Assembly (NCBI GenBank): GCA_046328525.1
Contig: JAXLWK010000005.1
Coordinates: 138,947-202,946, forward strand
From: Anaerolineae bacterium
GTDB lineage: Bacteria; Chloroflexota; Anaerolineae; Epilineales; JAHCIE01
Direction: 5' to 3'
DNA length: 64,000 bases
The notes beneath the pieces are model-generated. The model was not told where the DNA came from. It did no database searches and saw only the letters and a program-made list of their open reading frames with translations. A program made the translations under genes and the position numbers. This document shows positions 1-8,936 of the stretch, piece by piece (the stretch's first letter is position 1; every line of letters starts with the position of its first letter).

Positions 1-181
1 ATCATTCCAATCTGCACGTCCGTCTCCTTTGCTGTCCACCGACCATTACGGCTGAGACGTCTGCCGTCAAATAGTATGCCATACTCGCCGGGCGTTAGCA
101 ATCCGCGCCGCCTCTACCGATCGGTATCTCGTCGCCACGCCATTTCTCTCATCACCGATAGGAGTTCATCCGAATGGATGA

Positions 182-210
182 TTGACCCGCGCCGCGCCGT
201 GTGCTACACT
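182..210 (+). promoter_or_regulatory. candidate sigma-70-type promoter of the aspS leader
   Basis: TTGACC (182-187), a 17-nt spacer, then TACACT (205-210). It lies about 20 nt upstream of the first T-box stem I motif. Confidence 0.45.
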
Positions 211-229
211 GTGTGGCACATAGCGAAAG

Positions 230-512
230 CGTTGACGGAGAAGAGTAGGCGGGCGACCGCGGTCCAGCGAGCTACGGGGCCATTGGCCCAGGTGAGAGGT
301 AGCCCGACCGGACCTGCCGAACGACACTCCTGAGCGCGGCGGCGAACGGCGACACGCCCACTAGCCGACGACGCCTCGCCCCCGTTAGCGGGCGCGGCCT
401 TAATGGAGGCCGAGCGAGGCTGCGTCCCTTTGCCGGGGCGCGGCGAACAAAGGTGGCACCACGGCAGCTCACGCTCCCGTCCTTTTCGGACCGGGGGCGT
501 TTTTGTTTGTCA
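230..512 (+). promoter_or_regulatory. T-box riboswitch leader (Asp specifier) with intrinsic terminator
   Basis: The stem I base motif GACGGAGAAGAGUA (234-247) matches the canonical GAUGAGAAGAGUA. An AG-bulge-like CCAGCGAGC is at 264-272 and a distal-loop-like GGUGAGAGG at 291-299. The specifier region GAA-C-GAC-A is at 319-326, and the following CUCC (327-330) can pair with GGAG (237-240). The T-box core AAAGGUGGCACCACGG is at 449-464; its UGGC is complementary to a GCCA acceptor end (G73 discriminator, as in tRNA-Asp). A hairpin plus CGUUUUUGUUUG follows at about 472-512, just before the aspS Shine-Dalgarno sequence. Confidence 0.8.
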
Positions 513-527
513 AAGGGAGAAGTACTT

Positions 528-1853
528 ATGACAACACTCACGCAATCAACGATGCAGACGCGGGTGCGAACGACGGAGTTGGGCGCGCACATCGGCGAGC
601 GCGTCCGCATCGAAGGCTGGCTGCACGCCGTCCGCCGCCTGGGCGGCGTGGGCTTCATCATCGTGCGCGACGGCTGGGGGCTGGCGCAAGCCGTCGCCGG
701 TGAGGCGGCGCTGGCGGCGCTCGACGGCGTCGGCGTGGAGAGCGTCGTCGCCGTGGAGGGCACGGCGGTGGTCGAGGCGCAGGCGCCCGGCGGTGTCGAG
801 CTGCACGAGCCGACCGTCCAGGTCCGCGTGCCGGTCGCCGAGCCGCCGCCCCTGTCGCTCAACAAGCGCGAGCTGAAGGCGACGCTCTCGACGCAGCTCG
901 ACAACGGCGTCCTGGCCGCGCGCCACCCGAAGCAGCGCAGCATGTTCCGCATGAGCGCCGGTGTGCTGCGCGCCTACCGCGAACTCCTCACTGCCGAGGG
1001 GTTCACCGAGGTGCAGACGCCGAAGCTCGTCGCGTCGGCCACGGAGAGCGGCGCCAACGTCTTCAAGCTGGACTACTTCGGGCGGCCCGCCTACCTGGCC
1101 CAAAGCCCGCAGCTGTACAAGCAGGTGCTGACCGGCGTGTTCGAGCGCGTCTTCGAAGTCGGGCCGGTGTTCCGCGCCGAGCCGCACGACACCACGCGCC
1201 ACCTCAGCGAGTATGTCAGCCTGGACATGGAGATGGCGTTTATCGAGGATCACCGCACGGTGATGGCGATGCTGACGAAGGTCATTCGCGGCATCCTGGC
1301 GGCCCTGGCCGAACGCCACGCCGAGGACCTGGCGCGGTGGGACGTGGTCATGCCGAGCGCGCCGGCCGAGTTCCCGAGCATCTACTTCCCGGACGCGCAG
1401 GAGCTTATCTACCAGCGCCACGGCGTGGACGTGCGCGGCGAGCCGGACCTGTCGCCCCAGGATGAGCGGTGGCTCGGCGAGTGGGCGCGGGAGACCTACG
1501 GCAGCGACTTCCTGTTCGTGACCGGCTACCCGATGAGCAAGCGCCCCTTCTACACCCACCCGAACCCGGCCGACCGGCGCTACTCCAACAGCTTCGACCT
1601 GCTATTCCGAGGGACGGAGCTGGTCACCGGCGGCCAGCGCCTGCACCTCTACGCCGACTACCTGGCGGCGCTGGAGGGGGCCGGGCTGTCGCCGGCGCCG
1701 TTCGAGTGGTATCTGGAAGCGTTCAAGTACGGCATGCCGCCCCACGGCGGCTTCGCCATCGGGCTGGAGCGGTTGCTGGCGCAGCTCACCGGCGTCGGCA
1801 ACGTGCGCCTGGCGACGCTCTTCCCGCGCGACCTCAACCGCCTCACCCCATGA
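528..1853 (+). CDS. aspS: aspartyl-tRNA synthetase, short archaeal/eukaryal-type (441 aa, no bacterial insertion domain)
   Basis: It has an N-terminal OB anticodon-binding region (RVRIEGWLHAVRRLGGVGFIIVRDG) and class II motifs (FRAEPHDTTRHLSEY, GGQRLH, GFAIGLERL). ATG at 528 is preceded by AAAGGGAGAAG. The 5' part of the track ORF from 453 overlaps the leader terminator. Confidence 0.93.
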   Translation: MTTLTQSTMQTRVRTTELGAHIGERVRIEGWLHAVRRLGGVGFIIVRDGWGLAQAVAGEAALAALDGVGVESVVAVEGTAVVEAQAPGGVELHEPTVQVRVPVAEPPPLSLNKRELKATLSTQLDNGVLAARHPKQRSMFRMSAGVLRAYRELLTAEGFTEVQTPKLVASATESGANVFKLDYFGRPAYLAQSPQLYKQVLTGVFERVFEVGPVFRAEPHDTTRHLSEYVSLDMEMAFIEDHRTVMAMLTKVIRGILAALAERHAEDLARWDVVMPSAPAEFPSIYFPDAQELIYQRHGVDVRGEPDLSPQDERWLGEWARETYGSDFLFVTGYPMSKRPFYTHPNPADRRYSNSFDLLFRGTELVTGGQRLHLYADYLAALEGAGLSPAPFEWYLEAFKYGMPPHGGFAIGLERLLAQLTGVGNVRLATLFPRDLNRLTP

Positions 1854-2058
1854 CCGCCGCCGTTGCCATAGCAGGCCCTCATGGACTTATGTCCACCAGC
1901 AGACGGATGAAAACCGCTGCCAGCCCGAACGCTGTCGCTCTGAGCGCAGCGAAAGGCCCCCAGAGCACCGGGGGATGCTTCGCCTTCGGCTCAGCATGAC
2001 AGCCAGGGTTATTTTCAGAGCAGGGCGGCGGGTCACTCCACATCAATTTGAGCCTGTC

Positions 2059-2108
2059 GCGCCGACTTCAGTCGGCTCCAAGAAAATGCCGACTGAAGTC
2101 GGCGCTAC
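2059..2108. repeat. palindromic repeat, GCCGACTTCAGTCGGC family
   Basis: Two hairpin units, gcgccgacttcagtcggc and tgccgactgaagtcggcgctac. A second copy of the family is at 31784-31835. Confidence 0.7.
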
Positions 2109-2455
2109 CGTTCCACGCTCAACTGTGGGACTACCGCGCACAGGCACAATGTAAAAATCGAGGAAAATCTTGCTTGACAGCCGATTGGGTCTATACTACT
2201 TAGCCATACTAACTACATCCGGCCGGCGTCAGACCGCTCGAAAGGAAGCGGTGGCTGGACGGCGTCTCCGTCATCCTCACGCGTGAGACTGCCGCGTAAC
2301 TGTCCGCCATGATAAGCTATACGCAGACGCTTGCCCGCGACTGCTTACCATCGCCCGCAGCTACCCTCCAACCTTTATCCCCACCGGTCGCGCCAACTGA
2401 ATAGCTGCCGCAGTGTTCGCAGCCCTGGCCCATCCTAACACCCAGGAGGCTCATC

Positions 2456-3889
2456 ATGCGCAGATTCGTCCCGCACCATCGCTGGCTCGTTGCTCTCCTC
2501 ATCGTCGCCACCTTTGCGCTGATCGCATGGCAGGTCACGATCGCCTTCGCCCAGGCTCCCATGCCCAACGCGCCCGCCCCGAACGAAACGCCACCGGTGT
2601 CCACCTATGGCCCTGTCGCCGGCGTAGACCGCGCCGCCGTTGGCGCCGCCGCCTCGATTCACGGCGACCCGACCGCCGGGCGCTCGGTCTTCGCCGCCAA
2701 CTGCTCGGCGTGCCACGGCCCGCGCGGCATTGGCAACGTTCCCAACCCCGGCTCCGACGATGGTACTGTCCCGGCCCTCAACCCCATTGACGCGGGCTTC
2801 CTCGAAGATTCTCAGGGCGACCCAGCAGCCTTCGCCAAAGCCCTGGACCTGTTCGTGCAACACGGGTCACGCCCGGCCGGCGAGAAACCCACATTCTGGA
2901 TGATGCCGTGGGGTGACCGCAACCTCCTCACGCAGCAGCAGATCGCCGATGTCGAGGCGTACACCATGATGCTGAACGGCGTCTACTGGCCCGACATGTG
3001 GGCGCCACCGATCCAGGTTCAGAAGCAGGCAACGCTCAAGGGTGAGACAGTGACCTACACCATCACCCTTATCAACGAGTCGGCCGGCGACATCACCAAC
3101 GTGAACCTCGACGATACCCTTCCCGCCGGATTGACCTACGTCAGCTCGTACGCTCTCGATCCGGGCCGTCCCGGGACTTGGAGCGGCAGCACCGTTCACT
3201 TCTCGGAGCCGTACCCCGTGCCGCAGGGCGGGACGCTTGGGCCATTCGTTATTGTCGCCAAAACCCAGGGCGGCGCCGCACCCGGCCCCAACGTGGCGCA
3301 GGTCGCCTTCCGCTGGCAGGATTGGGAGGGGAACGTCCACGGCACGACGGCCGTGTCCGACCCCGTGACCCTGGCGGCGCCGCCGACCGCCGTCCCGACG
3401 GCTGCGCCCACCGCTGCCAGCGCCGCGCCGGCTGCGGCCGCCACGATGGCGATGCCCGCGATGCCCATGCCGACGGCCACGCGCGCGCCTTCTACCGAGA
3501 ACATCGCGCCACCGGCCGAGGCGACCATGGCGCCCATGCCGACGACAGCCCCGGTCGAGCTCCCAACATCCGCGCCGCTGCCCACGGCGACGGCCGCGCC
3601 GGAGGTGAAAGCGCCGACGAACTACAACGTTCAGATCGTCGAGCCGGGCACGAACCCGCTGGAGTGGACGTACATCCCGAACAACGTCGTCATCCACGTC
3701 GGCGACACGGTGACGTGGACAAACCTCGGCGCGCAGCAGCACACGGTGACGGCCGACGACGGCAGCTTCGACTCCGGCCTCTTCGGCAATGGCGGCGCCT
3801 ATAGCCACACGTTCAACACCGCCGGCATCTTCGCCTACCACTGCACACCCCACCCCTGGATGAAGGGGACGGTGACCGTCCAGCCCTAG
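2456..3889 (+). CDS. membrane-anchored fusion protein: c-type cytochrome, DUF11-like repeat domain, Pro/Ala linker, amicyanin-like cupredoxin
   Basis: N-terminal TM/signal anchor and a CSACH haem-binding motif. TYTITLINESAGDITNVNLDDTLPAGLTYVSS is typical of the DUF11 conserved repeat domain. The C-terminus has the type-1 copper ligand pattern QQHTV...YHCTPHPWM (CTPHPxM as in amicyanin). SD CAGGAGG at 2443-2449. Confidence 0.85.
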   Translation: MRRFVPHHRWLVALLIVATFALIAWQVTIAFAQAPMPNAPAPNETPPVSTYGPVAGVDRAAVGAAASIHGDPTAGRSVFAANCSACHGPRGIGNVPNPGSDDGTVPALNPIDAGFLEDSQGDPAAFAKALDLFVQHGSRPAGEKPTFWMMPWGDRNLLTQQQIADVEAYTMMLNGVYWPDMWAPPIQVQKQATLKGETVTYTITLINESAGDITNVNLDDTLPAGLTYVSSYALDPGRPGTWSGSTVHFSEPYPVPQGGTLGPFVIVAKTQGGAAPGPNVAQVAFRWQDWEGNVHGTTAVSDPVTLAAPPTAVPTAAPTAASAAPAAAATMAMPAMPMPTATRAPSTENIAPPAEATMAPMPTTAPVELPTSAPLPTATAAPEVKAPTNYNVQIVEPGTNPLEWTYIPNNVVIHVGDTVTWTNLGAQQHTVTADDGSFDSGLFGNGGAYSHTFNTAGIFAYHCTPHPWMKGTVTVQP

Positions 3890-3906
3890 CCACGCTCGCA
3901 TGCCGC

Positions 3907-3940
3907 AGAGGGCCTGCCCGGCGCACCCGGCAGGCCCTCT
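3907..3940. terminator. GC-rich hairpin between convergent genes (bidirectional terminator candidate)
   Basis: agagggcctgcccgg ... ccggcaggccctct, a 14-15 bp stem located between the stop at 3889 (+) and the stop at 3961 (-). Confidence 0.55.
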
Positions 3941-3960
3941 CTACTTGATCTCTCAATTCG

Positions 3961-4896
3961 TTAGAACACCATGATTTGCTCGTACAACAGGTCGAGACTC
4001 AGGTCGGAGCGGACCGTCTCCGGCGATTGCAGGGTGAGGGCAGCGGCGGACGCGCCCAGGCGCACCGCCTCGTCCAGCGGCACATCGTTCAGCAGCCCGA
4101 ACACGACGCCGGCCGTCAGCGCCGCCCCCGCCCCGACCGTGTCCACCACCTCGTCAATCGGAAACGCCGGGATCCAGCCGCTCTCGTCGGAGGAGGCCCA
4201 CGCCACGCCGTCTGCGCCCAGGGCGATGACCGCCGTGTCCACGCCGAGCTGCACCAGCCGCCGCGCCGTCGTAATCGCCTCGCGCCCGCCCCGCGCCTCG
4301 CAGTCGCAGAAGACCTGCGCCTCGGCCAGGTTGGGCATGAACAGGTCTATGCGGTCGAGGAACGGGACGATGCCAGGGGCGAGCGTGACCGACGTGGGGT
4401 CTACGCAGACGGGGATGCCTTCCAGGTGGGCGAACTCCGTCAGCACGGCCATCGTCTCGATGGGCAGATTGCCGTCGAAGATGAGCATGTCCGCGCCGTA
4501 CAGCAGCCCCTTGTGCGCCTCGATGAAGTCGGGGGTCAGCTCCTCCATCGCGCTCATCTCGTCCAGCGCCACAATGAGCCGCCCCTCCTCGTCCAGCAGC
4601 GCCATGTACGCGCCGGACGGGTCCGCGCCCGACACCATGACGTACTCGACGTTCACCCCTGCCTCGGCGGTGTGAGTCAGGATCGTCTGGCCGAAGGCAT
4701 CGCCCCCAATCACGGACAGCAGCACGGTGTCAATGCCGAGACGCGCCAGGTTCTCGGCGATGTTGCGCGCCGCGCCGCCGATGCTGAGCTGGACCCGGCC
4801 CGGGTTCGACGTCATCGGCGCGAGCGCCTCCAGCGCCCGCCCCTTGACGTCTACGCTCGCCGCGCCGATAACCACCACACGCGGTGTCGGTTCCAT
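3961..4896 (-). CDS. PfkB-family carbohydrate kinase (pseudouridine-kinase-like)
   Basis: VVVIGAASVDVKG, GGAARNIAENLARLG and a C-terminal DTVGAGAALTAGVV anion-hole motif place it in the ribokinase/PfkB fold. The GGxxRNIAENLARLG motif resembles YeiC-type kinases. Confidence 0.85.
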   Translation of the reverse strand: MEPTPRVVVIGAASVDVKGRALEALAPMTSNPGRVQLSIGGAARNIAENLARLGIDTVLLSVIGGDAFGQTILTHTAEAGVNVEYVMVSGADPSGAYMALLDEEGRLIVALDEMSAMEELTPDFIEAHKGLLYGADMLIFDGNLPIETMAVLTEFAHLEGIPVCVDPTSVTLAPGIVPFLDRIDLFMPNLAEAQVFCDCEARGGREAITTARRLVQLGVDTAVIALGADGVAWASSDESGWIPAFPIDEVVDTVGAGAALTAGVVFGLLNDVPLDEAVRLGASAAALTLQSPETVRSDLSLDLLYEQIMVF

Positions 4897-4921
4897 AGCC
4901 GTCTCCTCGCGCCAGGGATTG

Positions 4922-6130
4922 CTACATCACCTTGCGCCGTACCCAGCCGCTCAGCCAGTCCAACGTCATCACCACGACGACGATGGCCCAGATCGCGACG
5001 GCAGCGTCTCGCCACAGAAGCAGGTTCATGTACTGGATGAGCAGGAAGCCGATGCCGCCGCCGCCGACGAGGCCGACGACGGTCGCCATGCGGACGTTGA
5101 TGTCCCAGCGATAGAAGGTGAACGAGATGAACGCCGGTATCACCTGGGGCAACATGGCGTAGAGGGTGGTCTGGAAGCGGTTCGCGCCCGTCGCCCGCAG
5201 CGCCTCGATCGGGCCTTCGTCAATGCTCTCGATGGCCTCGGAGTAGAGCTTGCCGAGCGCCCCGACACCGTGGATGGTGATAGCGAGGACGCCCGCGTAG
5301 GAGCCGATGCCCACGACCACGGCCGCGATGACGGCGACGATGAGCACCTCGATGGAGCGCAGGATGTTGAAGGTCGTGCGCACAATCCAGTAGATCGCCT
5401 CGGTGAACTTCGACCCGCTCATGACGTTGCGGGCGGCGAGGAAGCTCAGGGGCGCGGCGATGATGACCGTCCAGATCGTGCCGATGAGCGCCATGAGAAT
5501 CGTGTCCCACATGGCGATGAGCACCAGGTGTGCCTGCTCGGTCAAGGCGAAGGCCGGCAGGCCAAAGAAGCCGGGCTTAGCCGCCTCGAAGGTGACGTCA
5601 ATGAAACGCACGCCCTGCCCTTCCGCCGACGGCACGGTGACGGTCACCGTGAAGCCGCCCTGGGCGTCGGTCTGCGCGTCGCCGATGGGCGTCTGGTTCG
5701 GGCCGGTGTCCCAGACAATTCGGCCTTGCGCGTTGGGCGGCCAGCCGGCGCCGCTGATCTCGACCGGCTCACCTTGCTTGACGACGCGCGTGGAGAGGGT
5801 AATCTGCGGGCCGGGCTTGGGGGAGCGGGTCGGCACTGTCGGCGACACTGACTCGCCTGGTATGACGACGGAGATACTATCCTGGACGGTCTCCTTCTCC
5901 GTCGTGAAGAAGTTCGGCTGGAGCAGCTGCGTCACGATATGCTGCGCGTTAGGCGCATTCTTCACCAGGTCCACCACGTTGACGCCGATGAGCCGCGTCC
6001 CGTAGGCATAGATGGCGGCAGCGGCGATGAGGACGACCCAGAAGCGCCACGACACCCAGATCGAGCGTGGACGCACGACCGGCGGCGTCGCGGTCTGTCC
6101 CGACGGCAGAGGCTGGGTTTGCTGTGCCAT
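4922..6130 (-). CDS. phnE: phosphonate ABC transporter permease PhnE with an enlarged extracytoplasmic loop
   Basis: The C-terminal 200 aa match the PhnE core (EAIESIDEGPIEALRATGANRFQT, VGLVGGGGIGFLL). It abuts the phnC stop with no gap. Confidence 0.88.
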   Translation of the reverse strand: MAQQTQPLPSGQTATPPVVRPRSIWVSWRFWVVLIAAAAIYAYGTRLIGVNVVDLVKNAPNAQHIVTQLLQPNFFTTEKETVQDSISVVIPGESVSPTVPTRSPKPGPQITLSTRVVKQGEPVEISGAGWPPNAQGRIVWDTGPNQTPIGDAQTDAQGGFTVTVTVPSAEGQGVRFIDVTFEAAKPGFFGLPAFALTEQAHLVLIAMWDTILMALIGTIWTVIIAAPLSFLAARNVMSGSKFTEAIYWIVRTTFNILRSIEVLIVAVIAAVVVGIGSYAGVLAITIHGVGALGKLYSEAIESIDEGPIEALRATGANRFQTTLYAMLPQVIPAFISFTFYRWDINVRMATVVGLVGGGGIGFLLIQYMNLLLWRDAAVAIWAIVVVVMTLDWLSGWVRRKVM

Positions 6131-6892
6131 CTACGCAATCTCCACTTCAATGGCTTCCTCGCCATAGATGGCGTGGAAGCGCTGCGGCGTGATGTCCACC
6201 GGCAGGCCGTCAAACACCACCTGGCCGGCCTTCAGGGCAACGACGCGGGAAGCGTAGCGCCGCGCCAGCGACAGGAAGTGCAGGCTACAGATCACCGTGA
6301 TGCCCTCCTCCTTGTTGAGCTGCTCCAGGTAGCGCAGCACGGAGTGGGAGGTGGCCGGGTCGAGGCTGGCGACAGGCTCGTCGGCCAGCATGAGCGTCGG
6401 GTTCTGCATCAGGGCGCGGGCAATGGCGACGCGCTGCTGCTGGCCGCCGGAGAGCGAGTCGGCGCGGATGTAGGCCTTGTCGGCGATGCCGACGCGCGCC
6501 AGGTTTGCCAGCGCCCGCTCGACGTCGGCGTCGGGGAAGCGATTGAGCAGCGCGTAGTAGGGCGGCAGGTAGCCGAGCCGCCCGGAGAGCACGTTGGTGA
6601 TGACCGAAGAGCGTTTGACGAGATTGAACTGCTGAAAGATCATTCCGATTTTGCGGCGAATCTGGCGCAGCTCCTTCGGCCCGGCGGCGGTCACATCCTC
6701 GCCGTCGAGGAGGATTTGCCCGCTCGTCGGCTCGATGAGCCGATTGATGGAGCGCAACAGCGTAGACTTACCCGAGCCGGAGAGGCCGATGAGCACGACA
6801 AACTCGCCGTCCTCGATGGTCAGCGACACATCGTTAATGGCCTTGAAGCTCGCGCCGGGGTAGATTTTGGTCACGTGGCGGATTTCTAGCAC
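6131..6892 (-). CDS. phnC: phosphonate ABC transporter ATP-binding protein PhnC
   Basis: Walker [10 protein letters not shown], signature [15 protein letters not shown] and Walker B LMLADEP. Start chosen at GTG 6892 (VLEIRHV, GGGAGAGG upstream). The track ORF runs on to 6991, but that extension (MGEGEGGEG...) is a translated GGGAGAGG-type repeat. The start remains uncertain (6892 or 6961). Confidence 0.85.
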   Translation of the reverse strand: MLEIRHVTKIYPGASFKAINDVSLTIEDGEFVVLIGLSGSGKSTLLRSINRLIEPTSGQILLDGEDVTAAGPKELRQIRRKIGMIFQQFNLVKRSSVITNVLSGRLGYLPPYYALLNRFPDADVERALANLARVGIADKAYIRADSLSGGQQQRVAIARALMQNPTLMLADEPVASLDPATSHSVLRYLEQLNKEEGITVICSLHFLSLARRYASRVVALKAGQVVFDGLPVDITPQRFHAIYGEEAIEVEIA

Positions 6893-6960
6893 GCGCCTCT
6901 CCCATAACGGCCCGCAACCCGGCAGGTTGGGGTCGTTATAGCAACTTTCAGTCCCACGCA

Positions 6961-7050
6961 TTCGCCCCTCTCCCCCTTCCCCCTCTCCCACAAGGGGCGA
7001 GGGGGAAAGAAGCTCCCCTTCCCCCCTTGTGGGGGAAGGGGCAAGGGGAT
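6961..7050. repeat. GGGAGAGG/CCTCTCCC-type palindromic repeats (two hairpins)
   Basis: cccctctcccacaaggggcgaggggg and ccccttccccccttgtgggggaagggg. Related copies are at 14202-14244, 23951-23986 and 54369-54406. Confidence 0.75.
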
Positions 7051-7060
7051 GAGGGGGTTG

Positions 7061-8206
7061 TTACGGGGCCTTGGTCGCGGCAGCCGTCGCCGCCGGGCGC
7101 GGCGTCGGCGTGTTCAGAACCACGCCAATATCAATGTTAGCCGCCTTGGCCGCGTCGTTGATCGGCGCGTAGTCCTTCGGTTCGCCGACCACCAGCCCGT
7201 CAATGTCGGCCAGCGCCTTCAGCTCCTTGATGCCGTCCTCGGTCTTGGCGATCGCCAGCAGCCCATCGCTGATCTTCTTGCGGATGTCCGCCGGCAGCCC
7301 CTTGCGCACGCTGACCGTGTCGTTGGGGATCAGGAAGTTGACGTCGGCGCTGTTGAGAAGCACGCGGGTTTTGTCGTAGACATCGGGAACCGACGCCTTG
7401 GCGCGGTCACGGGCGTCCGGCGTACCCTTGAACTCGCCGAAGACCGCCGCGGCGTCTACCTGGCCGTTGGTCAGTGCGATGACAGACTTGTCGTGGCCGC
7501 CGGAGTATACCCACTGCACATCCTTGTCGGGGAGCACACCCTGCTGGGTCAAATACGCGCGCGGGTAAAGGTTGCCGGAGGTGGACAGCGGGTCGGCGCT
7601 CGCGAGCTTCTTGCCCTTGAGGTCCTGCACTGTCTTAATCGGCGAGTCCTTGGCGACGATGATCGAGAACGGGTAGACCTTCGAGCCGTTGCGGGTCGTC
7701 GTGAGCAGGAGTTCGAGGCCGTAGCGGTTGTTGCCGACGACGTAGGACAGCGGGTTCAGCCAGCCCACGTCAATCTGGCCGGCGTTCATCGCCTCGACGG
7801 TCGCCGCATAGCTCGTCGGTACCGTGGTCTTGAACTTCAGGCCGGTCTCCTTCTCGAGCATCTGACCGAGCTTCTCCAGGCTCGTCGCCAGCTTCTGCGC
7901 GTCGGAGGAGGGAACGAAGGCCATCTTGATGGGGTTGGCGGCGGTACCGAGGTCACCGGCGGCCGGGGCGGCGGCAGCCGCCGTCGTCGGCGCGGCAGCC
8001 TTGGGCGCGTCGGTGGCCTTGGGGGCCGCCGGGGCCGGCGCCGTCGTCGGCGCGGCGGCCTTGGGCGCGTCGGTGGCCTTAGGGGCCGCCGGGGCCGGCG
8101 CCGTCGCCTGGGCCGCTGGCGCCGCCGGGGCCTGGGGCTGGCCGCCACACTGCGCGGCGACAAGAGTCAGCACCAGCAGCATGAGCATGAGCATCAGACG
8201 TTTCAC
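7061..8206 (-). CDS. phnD: phosphonate ABC transporter substrate-binding protein PhnD
   Basis: PIKMAFVPSSDAQKL, YAATVEAMNAGQIDVGWLNPLSYV and DPLSTSGNLYPR are PhnD-like. Start GTG at 8206 is 8 nt after AAGGAG. It has a signal peptide followed by a Pro/Ala/Lys linker. Confidence 0.88.
   Translation of the reverse strand: MKRLMLMLMLLVLTLVAAQCGGQPQAPAAPAAQATAPAPAAPKATDAPKAAAPTTAPAPAAPKATDAPKAAAPTTAAAAAPAAGDLGTAANPIKMAFVPSSDAQKLATSLEKLGQMLEKETGLKFKTTVPTSYAATVEAMNAGQIDVGWLNPLSYVVGNNRYGLELLLTTTRNGSKVYPFSIIVAKDSPIKTVQDLKGKKLASADPLSTSGNLYPRAYLTQQGVLPDKDVQWVYSGGHDKSVIALTNGQVDAAAVFGEFKGTPDARDRAKASVPDVYDKTRVLLNSADVNFLIPNDTVSVRKGLPADIRKKISDGLLAIAKTEDGIKELKALADIDGLVVGEPKDYAPINDAAKAANIDIGVVLNTPTPRPAATAAATKAP
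7981..8108. repeat. 60-bp tandem duplication inside the phnD linker
   Basis: 7981-8040 and 8041-8100 differ at 2 positions, and a third unit starts at 8101. The duplication encodes APAPAAPKATDAPKAAAPTT twice. Confidence 0.9.
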
Positions 8207-8395
8207 AGTGGAATCTCCTTCTTGAAATGGTGTGGCGAGGATGAAAGGGGTGAGATGGAAATGGGACAAGCATACATCCGTCCGGACTGGGCAGGCGTCC
8301 GAACACAGCAATCCTATCATACAACAGGCGCGGCCTTTTCGCAACCCCCAGAATCACTGCCGCATGGATTGCGCATTATAGGGTGAGGGACGGCG

Positions 8396-8845
8396 CTAGT
8401 CCTCGGATGGGGGCGGGGCGGGCGGGGCGTCGGCGGCCGCGTGACGCTCCACTCGCTCGTGTGCCTTGCGTCTCAGCTCCGCTTCCCGCTTCACGCGCCG
8501 CGCGTGTTCCTGCGCCACACTGCGCCGCGTGCCGTCGCCGACGATGGCGATGAGGCCCGACAAGAGGCCCACGCCGGCCAGGAGATAGACCATCGCAAAC
8601 AGCTTGCCTGGGTCCGTCTTCGGAGTCACGTCGCCGTAGCCGACAGTGGTCAGAGACACGACGCCAAAGTAGAACGCATCAATCCATCTCCAGCCCTCCA
8701 GTGCCCGGAATACGACCCCTCCAAGAGTGATAAAGAGGAGCGCGGTGATCAGGAGGCCGCGAAACTCGGGAAGACGGAAGAGGTCCCCGTAGATGCGGAA
8801 GAAGCTACGCACGAAGGCGAGCAAGATGATAAAGGGAACAAGCAT
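8396..8845 (-). CDS. small two-TM potassium channel
   Basis: Selectivity filter TTVGYGD flanked by two hydrophobic helices. 149 aa with a charged C-terminal tail. Confidence 0.85.
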   Translation of the reverse strand: MLVPFIILLAFVRSFFRIYGDLFRLPEFRGLLITALLFITLGGVVFRALEGWRWIDAFYFGVVSLTTVGYGDVTPKTDPGKLFAMVYLLAGVGLLSGLIAIVGDGTRRSVAQEHARRVKREAELRRKAHERVERHAAADAPPAPPPSED

Positions 8846-8936
8846 GTCTACCTCTATACGACGCCGGCCGCCGCAGCTCTGGAGCTACAGCGGCCGGCGT
8901 ATTAGCGCGCTATCGCCGTCGGATGAAGTGCAGCAG

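Noticed and set aside
2198-2455. The long (~260 nt) untranslated region upstream of the cytochrome-cupredoxin gene as a possible riboswitch
   Set aside because: I could not match it to any riboswitch consensus I know by eye, and the putative promoter (TTGCTT-N16-TATACT at 2170-2197) is weak. A covariance-model scan would be needed.
6893-6991. N-terminal extension of the phnC ORF (MGEGEGGEGRMRGTES...)
   Set aside because: The extension is the translation of the CCTCTCCC/GGGAGAGG repeat at 6961-7050. PhnC homologs start close to the LEIRHV strand.
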